Source: Patescibacteria group bacterium (GTDB lineage Bacteria; Patescibacteriota; Patescibacteriia; Patescibacteriales; UBA12465). From it: a DNA stretch of 64,000 nt. The stretch lies in contig JBAYIC010000002.1 in NCBI GenBank assembly GCA_041665845.1, positions 221-64,220 of the forward strand, written 5' to 3'. The notes below the pieces were generated by a model. It worked only from the letters and a program-made list of their open reading frames with translations. It was not told the origin of the DNA and ran no database searches. The position numbers and the translations under genes were made by a program. How positions within the stretch are numbered: the stretch's first letter is position 1; each line of letters begins with the position of its first letter. Positions 38,222 through 47,611 of this stretch are shown piece after piece.

Positions 38222-39395
38222 ATACTTCTTTAATTTTTTCACCAATAATTTCGCTATAAAAATTACTCGCTGTTTTAAATGCATTATCCCCCATAGATTT
38301 CCTTAATGAATCGTCATTTAGTAACTCTAGGACTCTTTGTTGCAGTTGTTTGTCGTTCTCTGGTTCTACAATAAATCCTTCCTTGCCGTTTTTGATATAT
38401 TCAGCCATTCCAATATTTTTGGTGCATATTATCGGTTTACGATTACCCATTGCCTCCAAACAAACCATTGAAAAACTATCTACTATACTGGGATGAATTA
38501 AAAAATCGCAAATATTATATAGCGCATTCATTTTTTCAGGATTTATTGCCCCAACCAGATATACAATATTTTCCAGACCTAGAGACTTAATCATTTTGTT
38601 GTGATTATTATATTCCCCCCCTTGGCCAACTATTAAAATAATAAAATCTTCGCGCTCTTTTATTCGGTGGGCTAATCTTATTATTTGTTCAATTTTTTTT
38701 TCTTTTACTAGCCAACCGACGCTCAGTATAACTTTTTTATTTTTTACAATTTCTTTTAAATCTTTTCTTAAATCAGGTATATGTTCTGTTTTGCTGAGTA
38801 GATTGGGGATTATGGATACTTTTTTATTCTGTAAGCCGCCATTAAAATAAGATTCAATTGCAATTTTTGATACTGAAACTATATTTTTGGCTTGTTCGAT
38901 GTTTGAGATAACATTGTTTATGCTACGAGATCCAAGCCTGTCTAGATGATAATTATATATACCATGAAGATGAAAAATTGAAGGTATATTTAGATTAGCG
39001 CCTACATAACAAGCCTCATCGCCAATCCCTGATTCATGGCCAATTATGAGATTAAAATGTTCTTTTATATTTATTTTTTTAGCTAATGATAATATTCTAA
39101 CTCTTGTAATATATTTGCTTAATAAAAGTATTTTTTTCTCCTCTATATTAAAAATTTTTCTGATAATTGATAGCGGAAGTATTGGTTGGCGCATTCTGTG
39201 GATAGTAAAATCATTTTTAATTGTTTTCTTTTTGTAAAATATTTTAAAACCGAAAAATTGAGGGCAAATTATTGTAAAATTATAATATTTTTTGAGATAG
39301 TTTAGTTGATTGTAAACGAAAGAGCCGAGATATGGGAAATCATCATTTGGAAATAATTCGGTTATTACTAAAATATTATATTTTTTTCCTTCCAT
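38196..39395 (-). CDS. Glycosyltransferase family 4
   Basis: HPSIVDSFSMVCLEAMGNRKPII. 399 aa. Confidence 0.8.
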   Translation of the reverse strand: MEGKKYNILVITELFPNDDFPYLGSFVYNQLNYLKKYYNFTIICPQFFGFKIFYKKKTIKNDFTIHRMRQPILPLSIIRKIFNIEEKKILLLSKYITRVRILSLAKKINIKEHFNLIIGHESGIGDEACYVGANLNIPSIFHLHGIYNYHLDRLGSRSINNVISNIEQAKNIVSVSKIAIESYFNGGLQNKKVSIIPNLLSKTEHIPDLRKDLKEIVKNKKVILSVGWLVKEKKIEQIIRLAHRIKEREDFIILIVGQGGEYNNHNKMIKSLGLENIVYLVGAINPEKMNALYNICDFLIHPSIVDSFSMVCLEAMGNRKPIICTKNIGMAEYIKNGKEGFIVEPENDKQLQQRVLELLNDDSLRKSMGDNAFKTASNFYSEIIGEKIKEVYDRAIKSK

Positions 39396-40104
39396 AGACT
39401 TTTTTGTAAAGTTTCATCGGCCATGATTTATACTTATCATAGGCAGTAATAGGTCGAGATATAACGATGTTGTGTAATAAAAAATACTTTTTTATTATTT
39501 TATTTTTTAACGTTTGTTTTTCTTTTTTTGTCTTTATGGCATAAAATGCGCCGTAAGGTTTTTCATATTTGATGCCCGCACTATCAAAAAAATGATATTC
39601 CTTTAATGCGTGTATATCCCATGAATCATCAAAATCTTCTGGCAACCATCCAGATTTATGTTCCTGCCAATCCCCACCGTCCATTCCCCAGGCGTCTTTT
39701 TTGTTTTCACTTTTTTGTGGCAAGAATCCTAGAGGGGTAAATATGATTATTTGTTTTTTTGCAATTTTTTCTGTTTCTTTGAGCAACCTTTCCCCTTCAT
39801 TTTTATCAAGATGTTCGATGACGTCTAGTATAAAAATTGTGTCTACTGACTCTTCTGGGAGAATTTTTATCACATCCTGCCAACCCGATTGCATTATTAC
39901 ATAGTTTCTATTAGTCGTCTCGCTTGCTATTTTTTGAAGGGTTTTTACATATTGCTCAAATGGTTCGGCACAAATATGGACAATGGGCGTTATGAAGTTT
40001 TGCGGCCTTATTCCGCATCCGATATCTAATATAACATTAGTTTTTTTAATTTTTCTATTTATTATTTTATCTAATTTTTTTCTACTATAGAAATTTATAT
40101 TCAT
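39376..40104 (-). CDS. Class I SAM-dependent methyltransferase
   Basis: Motif I VLDIGCGIRPQ and post-I ILDVIEHL. Confidence 0.7.
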   Translation of the reverse strand: MNINFYSRKKLDKIINRKIKKTNVILDIGCGIRPQNFITPIVHICAEPFEQYVKTLQKIASETTNRNYVIMQSGWQDVIKILPEESVDTIFILDVIEHLDKNEGERLLKETEKIAKKQIIIFTPLGFLPQKSENKKDAWGMDGGDWQEHKSGWLPEDFDDSWDIHALKEYHFFDSAGIKYEKPYGAFYAIKTKKEKQTLKNKIIKKYFLLHNIVISRPITAYDKYKSWPMKLYKKVYGRKKI

Positions 40105-40121
40105 AAATGCCGTTTATATTT

Positions 40122-40910
40122 TTATTTCTTTAAAACCTTAAATATTAACCTAGTTATTTTAATCAAATATTTTGTTATTACTCCATACCACTTGTCGAAA
40201 TAATAATCCTGAGCTTCGTAATAGTAGTTTTTTCTTTCGCTGTTTAAGCTCAAACTCTTTCCGCCTAAATGAGTTATCTCTGTTTCCAAGTTAACGGCTA
40301 TTTTATATCCGGCCTCTTTAACTCGCTTACAAATATCAACGTCTTCAAAGTAGAGAAAGAAATGATCGTCCCAGCCGCCTATTTTTTCAAACAATTCGCG
40401 CCTTATCATAAGGGCGCAACCACTTACCCAATCAACTTCAAGTATCTTTGTCTTCTCAGGAATTATTATTTCTCTTTTTCCGGTCTGAGTAATCAATCCC
40501 CCGAGGGTGGGGAAAAGTCCGAAGGCGTGCTTTTGAGCCTCACCGTTCTCCAATTTCAAGCGCGGCGATACTACCCCCATATTTTCATCTTGTTTGAATA
40601 AATTCAAGCATTTGGATAAGAAATCGTCTTTAGCTATTGTATCGCTATTTAAAAATAAAAGAAAATCACCGGTTGATAAAGCCGCTCCTTGATTATTAGC
40701 AGCGGCAAAGCCTAGATTTCTTTTATTGGAAACAATTTGAATTTTATCCGCAAATTCATTTTTTAATATTTCAACGCTTCCGTCTTCTGAGGCGTTATCG
40801 ATGACGATTATTTCTCGATCTTCTAGCCCAGATAAGGTAAATAAACTCTTTAAGCAGTTAATCGTTAGTTGCGGGGTTTTATGATTTATGACTATAATAG
40901 AGTAAAACAT
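40122..40910 (-). CDS. Glycosyltransferase family 2
   Basis: IIVINHKT.., IIVIDNASEDGS, FLNSDT. Confidence 0.85.
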   Translation of the reverse strand: MFYSIIVINHKTPQLTINCLKSLFTLSGLEDREIIVIDNASEDGSVEILKNEFADKIQIVSNKRNLGFAAANNQGAALSTGDFLLFLNSDTIAKDDFLSKCLNLFKQDENMGVVSPRLKLENGEAQKHAFGLFPTLGGLITQTGKREIIIPEKTKILEVDWVSGCALMIRRELFEKIGGWDDHFFLYFEDVDICKRVKEAGYKIAVNLETEITHLGGKSLSLNSERKNYYYEAQDYYFDKWYGVITKYLIKITRLIFKVLKK

Positions 40911-41453
40911 ATGTCTAAACTAAATTTAGGTTGTGGTAATAAAAAATTGGCTAACTATGTAAATGTTGACAATCGTGCCGAATGTACGCCCGATATTGTT
41001 CATGATCTTAACATTTTCCCCTATCCTTTCCCTGATAATCATTTTTCCGAAATTATTCTTGACCATGTGATTGAGCATCTTCAAGATCCGCTCTTAGTTT
41101 TGCAGGAAATATATCGTATTAGTGCGCCTGATGCCGAGATTTTTATTAATTGTCCACATTTTTCTGGCAATTGGGTGCATCCTGGGCATAAATCAGCTAT
41201 TAGTATTCATTTATTTGATTTTTTAAAAGAAGACGGGGAAGAAGTTTATGGAAAAACAAATTTTCAAGTTAAAAAAATTACATTATGCTGGTTTCGTTAT
41301 AGTAAAGGTAAACGCGCTTATCTTATCTTGAGATTCTTTAATTATTTAATTAATTTGCTGGCCAACATTAGTCCGAGAATTACAGAAAGATTTTGGTGTT
41401 ATTATGTCGGTGGGTTTGAGGAGATAAGATTTATTGTAAAAGTTATTAAATAG
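40911..41453 (+). CDS. SAM-dependent methyltransferase (Methyltransf_11/23-like)
   Basis: LNLGCGNKKL and ILDHVIEHL. ATG 40911 abuts the divergent start at 40910. Confidence 0.7.
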   Translation: MSKLNLGCGNKKLANYVNVDNRAECTPDIVHDLNIFPYPFPDNHFSEIILDHVIEHLQDPLLVLQEIYRISAPDAEIFINCPHFSGNWVHPGHKSAISIHLFDFLKEDGEEVYGKTNFQVKKITLCWFRYSKGKRAYLILRFFNYLINLLANISPRITERFWCYYVGGFEEIRFIVKVIK

Positions 41454-42213
41454 TTTTATCTTTTTTTATCGCTTCTCGATATTTGAAAATAACCGCTAAC
41501 CAATACGAAGCTTCAAATAGGGAATAAAAGAGGCCGTTAAAAAATCCGGCCTTATAAAATCCTTTTTTAAAAAAACAAATAAAGAAATAACGGATAGGAA
41601 GTATAATTGCTAATAAAAATAAAGTTATATTTCCATAGTTTCTTTGTTGCTCTAGCCATTTTTTAGCGATTAGTCCGGAATATTTATCGAGCTTTTCTAT
41701 ATTTTTTTCAATGCTTATCCAATTTTCATGGCTAAGATTGCCGTCTAATTTTTTAAGGCGGTTTTTATTTATTAGAATAGTCTCGTGTACTGGATGAGAA
41801 AATTTAAGATCATTTTTAAATAAAATCGGTCTATCAATAAAATTTTCCTTTAAATAGACGGAAAAAAATCTATTCATTCTTATTGACCAATAGGCGTCTA
41901 TATTTTTCGATTCAAGCTCATTTTTTATTGCTTGGGCTAATTCTGCTGAAATAATTTCGTCCGAATCTATCATGAGAACCCAGGGAGTATTGGTTAAAGA
42001 TATCCCATAATTTCTTTGTTCATCAAAACGATTAAGCTTTCTTTGTTGTATTTTTGCGTTTGGGTATTCCGCTTTGATGATGTCCAAAGTCGCATCATTG
42101 GAAAAATCATCAATAATTATCAATTTATCAATTAAAAAAGATAGGGAACGGACGCAATCAGCAATAGTTCTTTCGTTATTTTTTGTTAATATAACTCCGC
42201 TGATTTTATTCAT
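41446..42213 (-). CDS. Glycosyltransferase family 2
   Basis: ISGVILTKNNERTI, IIIDDFSNDAT, MIDSDE. Confidence 0.85.
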   Translation of the reverse strand: MNKISGVILTKNNERTIADCVRSLSFLIDKLIIIDDFSNDATLDIIKAEYPNAKIQQRKLNRFDEQRNYGISLTNTPWVLMIDSDEIISAELAQAIKNELESKNIDAYWSIRMNRFFSVYLKENFIDRPILFKNDLKFSHPVHETILINKNRLKKLDGNLSHENWISIEKNIEKLDKYSGLIAKKWLEQQRNYGNITLFLLAIILPIRYFFICFFKKGFYKAGFFNGLFYSLFEASYWLAVIFKYREAIKKDKTI

Positions 42214-42229
42214 ATTCTTGTTTTTCTTT

Positions 42230-42245
42230 TTCAGTTGTCCGATTT
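42230..42245 (+). repeat. Dispersed 16-mer copy C
   Basis: Exact 16-mer, intergenic, starting 16 nt beyond the start codon (42211-42213) of minus-strand GT2 gene 41446-42213. Confidence 0.95.
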
Positions 42246-42268
42246 TCCAATAATGACAAAAGAATTAC

Positions 42269-43588
42269 CTATCTCCCCTCGCGACTCAAAATAGTCGCAA
42301 TAGTTTTAAGAATAATGGTCGTGTCTAAAAATAGAGAGCGATTTTTAATATAAAACAAATCGTTCTGCAGTTTTTTTAGGGTATCCTCTTTGGTCGGAGA
42401 ATGGTATTCGCCGGAAACTTGGTCCCAGCCTGTTACCCCCGGTTTGACTATTAATCTAGTATTATAAAAAGGAACTGATAATTCTAATTCTTTCGCAAAT
42501 TCCGGACGTTCTGGACGGGGGCCGATAAAACTCATTTCACCTTTTAAAATATTTATCATTTGTGGAATTTCGTCAATTCTAGTTTTTCGTAAAAAATTTC
42601 CAAATTTGGTAATACGGTTATCATTTTCCAGAGTAATCCCGCGATCGTTTCCTTCTTCTTTCATTGTTCTAAATTTAATGAGGGTAAAATTTTGTCCACG
42701 ACGGCCAAGACGTATCTGTTTAATAAATGCCGGGCCCTTGCTTTCTAATTTAATAATTAAGGCAATGAGCGGCCAGAAAATTAGGGAAACAATAAATGCT
42801 AAAACAGCTAAGGTAATATCGATTATTCTCTTAAAAAAATTAAAATAATTTTTTTGGTTTTCTCGCAGGTTCTCTAGAAACCAGGTAGCACTAATTGTTT
42901 CAACGGGAATCTTACCGCTTAAAAGTTCATAAAAATCTGGATAGCTAAAAACGCTGATTCGATTTTGCAATAAACTCAAAAGAGTATCAGTAGTCGCCGA
43001 AGAAGAAAAGTCATCACAAACAACGATTATTTTAATTTTACCATTTTCAACTTGATTTTTTAATTCCGAAAATTCAACCTCGCTTTTAATTATCAGCTCA
43101 GTTTGATAACCGGTGCTCGGGTTTTTCTTCAATTCTTCTTCAATGGCCAAGCTTTTTTGGTTAGAACCGATGATTGCTAGGCCGGTTTTAGGGACAGCAT
43201 GGCTGATTGTTTGGTGAAGATAGCGCCAAGCGTAAAATATTACTAAGAAAAAGACAATAAACAGAGCCAAATTCGTTTTTGGAGTAACGTTTGAGGCAAT
43301 ATTAAGATAAAAGTAGATGACAGAAATTAAACTTGCTATAGCGGCGGCGCTTAAAACGGAACGGAAGAAGCGGCGGCCTTTAACCCGCAAATTAAGGTCG
43401 TAGAGACCGCTAACATAGATAATTATTAGCCAAATGGCAAATATCAAAGAAAATGGGCCTAAATGGTCGTTTAGTTGACTATTAAAATCTATCTTTGGAT
43501 ATCTAACAGATAAAACCATAGACAAGGCTAAAAATAGGGCAATGAAATCTCCTGTAAAAAGGATGATTTTTTTCAAGCGACTGTTCAT
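42269..43588 (-). CDS. Polyprenyl-phosphate sugar-1-phosphate transferase (WbaP/PglC-type priming enzyme)
   Basis: N-terminal TM block. C-terminal GPAFIKQIRLGRRGQNFTLIKFRTM..DEIPQMINILKGEMSFIGPRPERPEF. Confidence 0.9.
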   Translation of the reverse strand: MNSRLKKIILFTGDFIALFLALSMVLSVRYPKIDFNSQLNDHLGPFSLIFAIWLIIIYVSGLYDLNLRVKGRRFFRSVLSAAAIASLISVIYFYLNIASNVTPKTNLALFIVFFLVIFYAWRYLHQTISHAVPKTGLAIIGSNQKSLAIEEELKKNPSTGYQTELIIKSEVEFSELKNQVENGKIKIIVVCDDFSSSATTDTLLSLLQNRISVFSYPDFYELLSGKIPVETISATWFLENLRENQKNYFNFFKRIIDITLAVLAFIVSLIFWPLIALIIKLESKGPAFIKQIRLGRRGQNFTLIKFRTMKEEGNDRGITLENDNRITKFGNFLRKTRIDEIPQMINILKGEMSFIGPRPERPEFAKELELSVPFYNTRLIVKPGVTGWDQVSGEYHSPTKEDTLKKLQNDLFYIKNRSLFLDTTIILKTIATILSREGR

Positions 43589-43681
43589 ATAGGGCTAATA
43601 TAACAGTTTCAGCTTGAAAAATCAATCGTTTTTGTGCTATCCTGGTATAAACATGTTATACTATTAATAAATAGAAACTAT

Positions 43682-44866
43682 ATGGAAATTGATCAAAAAA
43701 ATAAGGAAAAAATCAAGGAATTGTTGACCAGGGGAGTTGACGAAGTTATTGACTTTAAAGATTTAGAAAATAAGCTTTTAAGCGGTAAAAAGCTTAGAAT
43801 TAAACTAGGAATTGACCCAACTAGTCCTAATATTCATCTCGGCCGCTCTATCCCGTTATTAAAATTACGCGATTTTGAAGAGCTTGGGCATCAAATTGTC
43901 TTTATTATTGGTGATTTTACTGGGACTATTGGCGATACCTCTGATAAGAATGCTGAACGTCCGATGTTAGAGGAGGCGGTGATTAAAGAAAATATCAAAC
44001 GTTATATCGAACAAGCAGGAAAGATAATTAATATTAAAAAATGTGAAGTTTATTATAACAGTGAATGGTTGGCTAAATTAGAGTATAGAGAAATTTGTCG
44101 CCAAGCTGATATTTTTTCTATTAATGAGTTTATTTCGCGTGATAATATAAAGCGTCGTTTGGAAGCTGGTTCTCGAGTATCTTTAAGAGAGATTTTATAT
44201 CCAATGATGCAGGGTTATGACTCGGTAGCGATTAAGGCCGATGTTGAAATTGGCGGTACCGACCAACGCTTTAATCTGCTTTCCGGCCGTGAAATGCAAA
44301 GAGCTTACAAGCAGGAACCGCAAAATATTATTACCAACCCCTTAATCGAGGGCCTTGATGGAAGAAAAATGAGCTCTAGTTGGGGTAACACCGTTAATCT
44401 ATTAGATGCGCCCTCTGAAATGTTCGGTAAGATTATGTCTTTGCAAGATGAGTTTATTATTAAATATTTTGTTTTGTTAACTAGAATCTCTGAAGTTAAA
44501 ATTAAAGAATATCAGAAAGCTCTTGAAACGGGCGCTAATCCAAAAGATTATAAAATTCTATTAGCGAAAGAAATTGTTAAAATTTATCATTCTGAACAAG
44601 ACGCAAAAGAGCAAGAAGAAAATTTTATTAAAGTGTTTTCTAAGAAGGAAATTCCGGATGAAATCGAAGAATTAAAACCGGCTGCTTATAACATTGTTGC
44701 AATTTTAATTGAAGCGAAGTTTGCAACTTCGAAAACTGACGCTAAACGGGTAATCGAACAAGGCGGAGTTAAGGTTGATAAAAAAGTTATTAAAGATCCT
44801 GAATTCTGTGTTGCCTCCGGTTCAATTATCCAAAAAGGAAAAATAAAATTCTTGAAAGTAATTTAG
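43682..44866 (+). CDS. tyrS: Tyrosyl-tRNA synthetase
   Basis: HIGH-type PNIHLGR and KMSKS-type KMSSSWGN. C-terminal S4-like domain. ATG 43682 follows an extended -10 box, TGTTATACT (43654-43662). Confidence 0.9.
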   Translation: MEIDQKNKEKIKELLTRGVDEVIDFKDLENKLLSGKKLRIKLGIDPTSPNIHLGRSIPLLKLRDFEELGHQIVFIIGDFTGTIGDTSDKNAERPMLEEAVIKENIKRYIEQAGKIINIKKCEVYYNSEWLAKLEYREICRQADIFSINEFISRDNIKRRLEAGSRVSLREILYPMMQGYDSVAIKADVEIGGTDQRFNLLSGREMQRAYKQEPQNIITNPLIEGLDGRKMSSSWGNTVNLLDAPSEMFGKIMSLQDEFIIKYFVLLTRISEVKIKEYQKALETGANPKDYKILLAKEIVKIYHSEQDAKEQEENFIKVFSKKEIPDEIEELKPAAYNIVAILIEAKFATSKTDAKRVIEQGGVKVDKKVIKDPEFCVASGSIIQKGKIKFLKVI

Positions 44867-44868
44867 GT

Positions 44869-45876
44869 ATGGTAAAATCTGAACTTAATTGGCCAAAGAT
44901 AGGTAACGAAAAAGCGGTTGAATTTTTGAGCCGGGCTATTATTGGCGACCGAATTGCACAGACTTATATTTTTATCGGCTCTGATGATTTAGGAAAATCG
45001 ACGGTCGCTTTAGCCTTTGCCCGTAATTTAATGGGCGAAGCGCTGGAGTCGTATCAAGGTTTTAATAGCGATCTTCATATTTTAAAGTCGGAAGATAATA
45101 AAAAATCAATTTCCATTGAACAAGTTAGAGTTTTTATTAAAGATTTAAGTTTGAGCTCTTTTTTGGATTCCTATAAGATTGGTATTATAAAAGAGGCTGA
45201 TAGCTTAACTAATGAGGCGCAAAACGCTATCTTAAAAACTTTAGAAGAGCCAAGAGATAAAGTAATTGTTATTTTACTTGCCAGAAGCGAAGATAATCTT
45301 TTGCCGACTATTTTATCGCGGGGACAAAAATTGTATTTTAATCCGGTTAAAGCAGAAATAATTTACGATTATCTCCTAGAAGAACATAAAATTCAGCGCT
45401 CGCTCGCTAAAGATTTAGCGAACATTGCTTTGGGTAGGCCTTTGAAAGCGGTAAGATTTTTAGAAAACCCAGAGTTATATGCCGCTTATTTAGAAAAGGC
45501 TTCGGTATTTTTAAAATTCTTTGATTTAAATGTTAATGATCGCCTAAGTGATTTAGATAAATTATTTACCGATAAGACATATAGTGTTTCAGCAGTCGCT
45601 GGCGCTGAAGAAATATTAATGATGGCTGAGGGCCTAATGCGCGATTTGTTTCTGCTTCATTTTAATCAACCGGAAAAAATTCAACATTCTGCTTTAGCTA
45701 GCGAACTTAATACTGCTTTGCAAACGATAGAGAGAATTAGTATTTCCGGGCCAAGTAATGATAATTTTTCGGCTTTTTTGTTGGAGCGTTTTAAATTAGC
45801 CGCTTTAGCGCACGAATATTTATCAGCGAATATTAATCCGCGTTTAGTTTTAGAGCAACTCGTTATTAATTTATAA
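44869..45876 (+). CDS. holB: DNA polymerase III delta' subunit
   Basis: AQTYIFIGSDDLGKST..NAILKTLEEP..LPTILSR. Confidence 0.85.
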   Translation: MVKSELNWPKIGNEKAVEFLSRAIIGDRIAQTYIFIGSDDLGKSTVALAFARNLMGEALESYQGFNSDLHILKSEDNKKSISIEQVRVFIKDLSLSSFLDSYKIGIIKEADSLTNEAQNAILKTLEEPRDKVIVILLARSEDNLLPTILSRGQKLYFNPVKAEIIYDYLLEEHKIQRSLAKDLANIALGRPLKAVRFLENPELYAAYLEKASVFLKFFDLNVNDRLSDLDKLFTDKTYSVSAVAGAEEILMMAEGLMRDLFLLHFNQPEKIQHSALASELNTALQTIERISISGPSNDNFSAFLLERFKLAALAHEYLSANINPRLVLEQLVINL

Positions 45877-45881
45877 TATAT

Positions 45882-46994
45882 ATGAGGTACAAAAAATTAA
45901 TTTTTATTTTTGGTTTAGCACTAGTAAGCATTTCTCTGTCTGCTTGTTCAGTTTCAACCAGCTCGGTAAAAAAAGATGTCGGTACTGATAGTAGCGTCTT
46001 TTTATCTACTAATGGTGGCGATTCTTGGCGCGAAGCGGTTTCTCTTTCCGGTCTAGGTCAAACGCAGAATATTCGCAGTCTTAATGTTAATCTTATGACT
46101 CTTGATCCGGAAGATAGCCTAGCGGTTTATTTAGCCAGTTTTGATCAAGGTCTGTATTATACTTATAATATCGTCAATGATGGTTGGACAAAAGTTAAGG
46201 GCTTACCGGAAGCAACAATTAATGATGTAAAAGTTGATCCCAAAAATAAATGCATTATTTATGCGGCTATTTCTAATAGGTTATATCGTTCTAACGACTG
46301 CTCGAGAAGTTTTACTCAAGTTTATTTTGATAATAATGCCGGGGTAATTGTGAGCGCGGTTGTAGTTGACCATTATAATTCTCAAAATATTTATATTGGA
46401 ACCTCAAGAGGCGAAATAATTAAGAGTATTGATGGCGGAAACTCTTGGCGAACAATAAAGCGTTTAGGAGAAGGAATTTCTCGATTAATAATTTCTCCGC
46501 TAGAAAGCCGTTTAGTTTTTGTCGCAACTGCGAAAAATAATATTTACAGCTTTATGGCTAATAGTACAATTAATTCAACCGACCCCGCCGTAATCGAAAA
46601 GAATTTTGCGGTTGATAGTTGGAGTGATTTAAATACCGTCTTAAAAGATTTTAATTTAGGAACTAGTTTCAGAGATTTTGTTGTTTGTGCAAAAGACGGT
46701 AAGATGTTTATAGCGACTAATCAAACTATTTTGCGTTCACCCGATAATGGAATCACTTGGGAACAAATAAAGCTGATTCAACCCGATAAAGAAACGGTTG
46801 TTAATGCCTTGGCCGTTAATCCACTCGATTCAAATCAATTATATTATGTAACTAATACAACCTTCTTCAGTTCGGTTGACGGTGGCGTAACCTGGACAAC
46901 TAAAAAACTTCCGACGTCTCGTGCCGGAAGAGAACTAATTATCGATTTTGTTAATCCAAATAATATTTATTTAGGAACCGTAAAATTAAAATAA
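45882..46994 (+). CDS. Lipoprotein with BNR/Asp-box beta-propeller repeats
   Basis: Lipobox LSAC. Asp-box motifs STNGGDSW, SIDGGNSW, SPDNGITW and SVDGGVTW. Confidence 0.7.
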   Translation: MRYKKLIFIFGLALVSISLSACSVSTSSVKKDVGTDSSVFLSTNGGDSWREAVSLSGLGQTQNIRSLNVNLMTLDPEDSLAVYLASFDQGLYYTYNIVNDGWTKVKGLPEATINDVKVDPKNKCIIYAAISNRLYRSNDCSRSFTQVYFDNNAGVIVSAVVVDHYNSQNIYIGTSRGEIIKSIDGGNSWRTIKRLGEGISRLIISPLESRLVFVATAKNNIYSFMANSTINSTDPAVIEKNFAVDSWSDLNTVLKDFNLGTSFRDFVVCAKDGKMFIATNQTILRSPDNGITWEQIKLIQPDKETVVNALAVNPLDSNQLYYVTNTTFFSSVDGGVTWTTKKLPTSRAGRELIIDFVNPNNIYLGTVKLK

Positions 46995-47004
46995 TAAAAA
47001 ATAT

Positions 47005-47559
47005 ATGAATCAATACGTTGAAAGTAAACAAAGTGATTTTATACATGCGCTTGATTTCTTTAAAAAAGAAATCGCGACTTTAAGAACCGGACAAGCGAAC
47101 CCGGCCGTTCTTGATAATGTTCAAGTTGAAGCTTATGGAGTGATGAATCCCTTAAATACAGTGGCTAATATTGCTGTTTCTGATTCCCGTAATATCTTGA
47201 TTGTTGCTTGGGATAAAGGAGTGATGAAGAGTATTGAGAAAGCAATTGTTGAGGCTGATTTGGGTTTAGGCGTAGTAAATGAAGGAGATAAAATTCGTCT
47301 CACTGTTCCGTCGCTCACTGAAGAAAATCGTAAGGATTTAGTGAAAAAACTAAATGAAAAAATGGAAAAGACTAGAATAATTCTGCGTCAAGCAAGAGAA
47401 GGAGCGAAGAATATAATTGAGACTGCGTATGATGCTAAAGAGATTAGTGAAGATGATAAATTTAGATTTATTAAAGAATTAGATGAGTTCTCGGCTAAAA
47501 AGAATGAAGAGCTAAAGGATATAAGAGATAGAAAAGAAGCTAACATCATGGAGATATAG
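47005..47559 (+). CDS. frr: Ribosome recycling factor
   Basis: 184 aa. LRTGQANPAVLDNVQVEAYG..LTEENRKDLVK. Confidence 0.95.
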   Translation: MNQYVESKQSDFIHALDFFKKEIATLRTGQANPAVLDNVQVEAYGVMNPLNTVANIAVSDSRNILIVAWDKGVMKSIEKAIVEADLGLGVVNEGDKIRLTVPSLTEENRKDLVKKLNEKMEKTRIILRQAREGAKNIIETAYDAKEISEDDKFRFIKELDEFSAKKNEELKDIRDRKEANIMEI

Positions 47560-47611
47560 CTTTTAGTAGAGCTTAAGGGTTTATTAGTAAAATTTTTTTA
47601 ATTTTAATTTC

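Noticed and set aside
43589-43681. I looked for T-box or other riboswitch leaders upstream of the aminoacyl-tRNA synthetase genes (tyrS here; also serS, gltX and asnS).
   Set aside because: The leaders are only about 15-100 nt and AT-rich. They lack specifier and antiterminator helices or the T-box consensus, and are too short for such elements.
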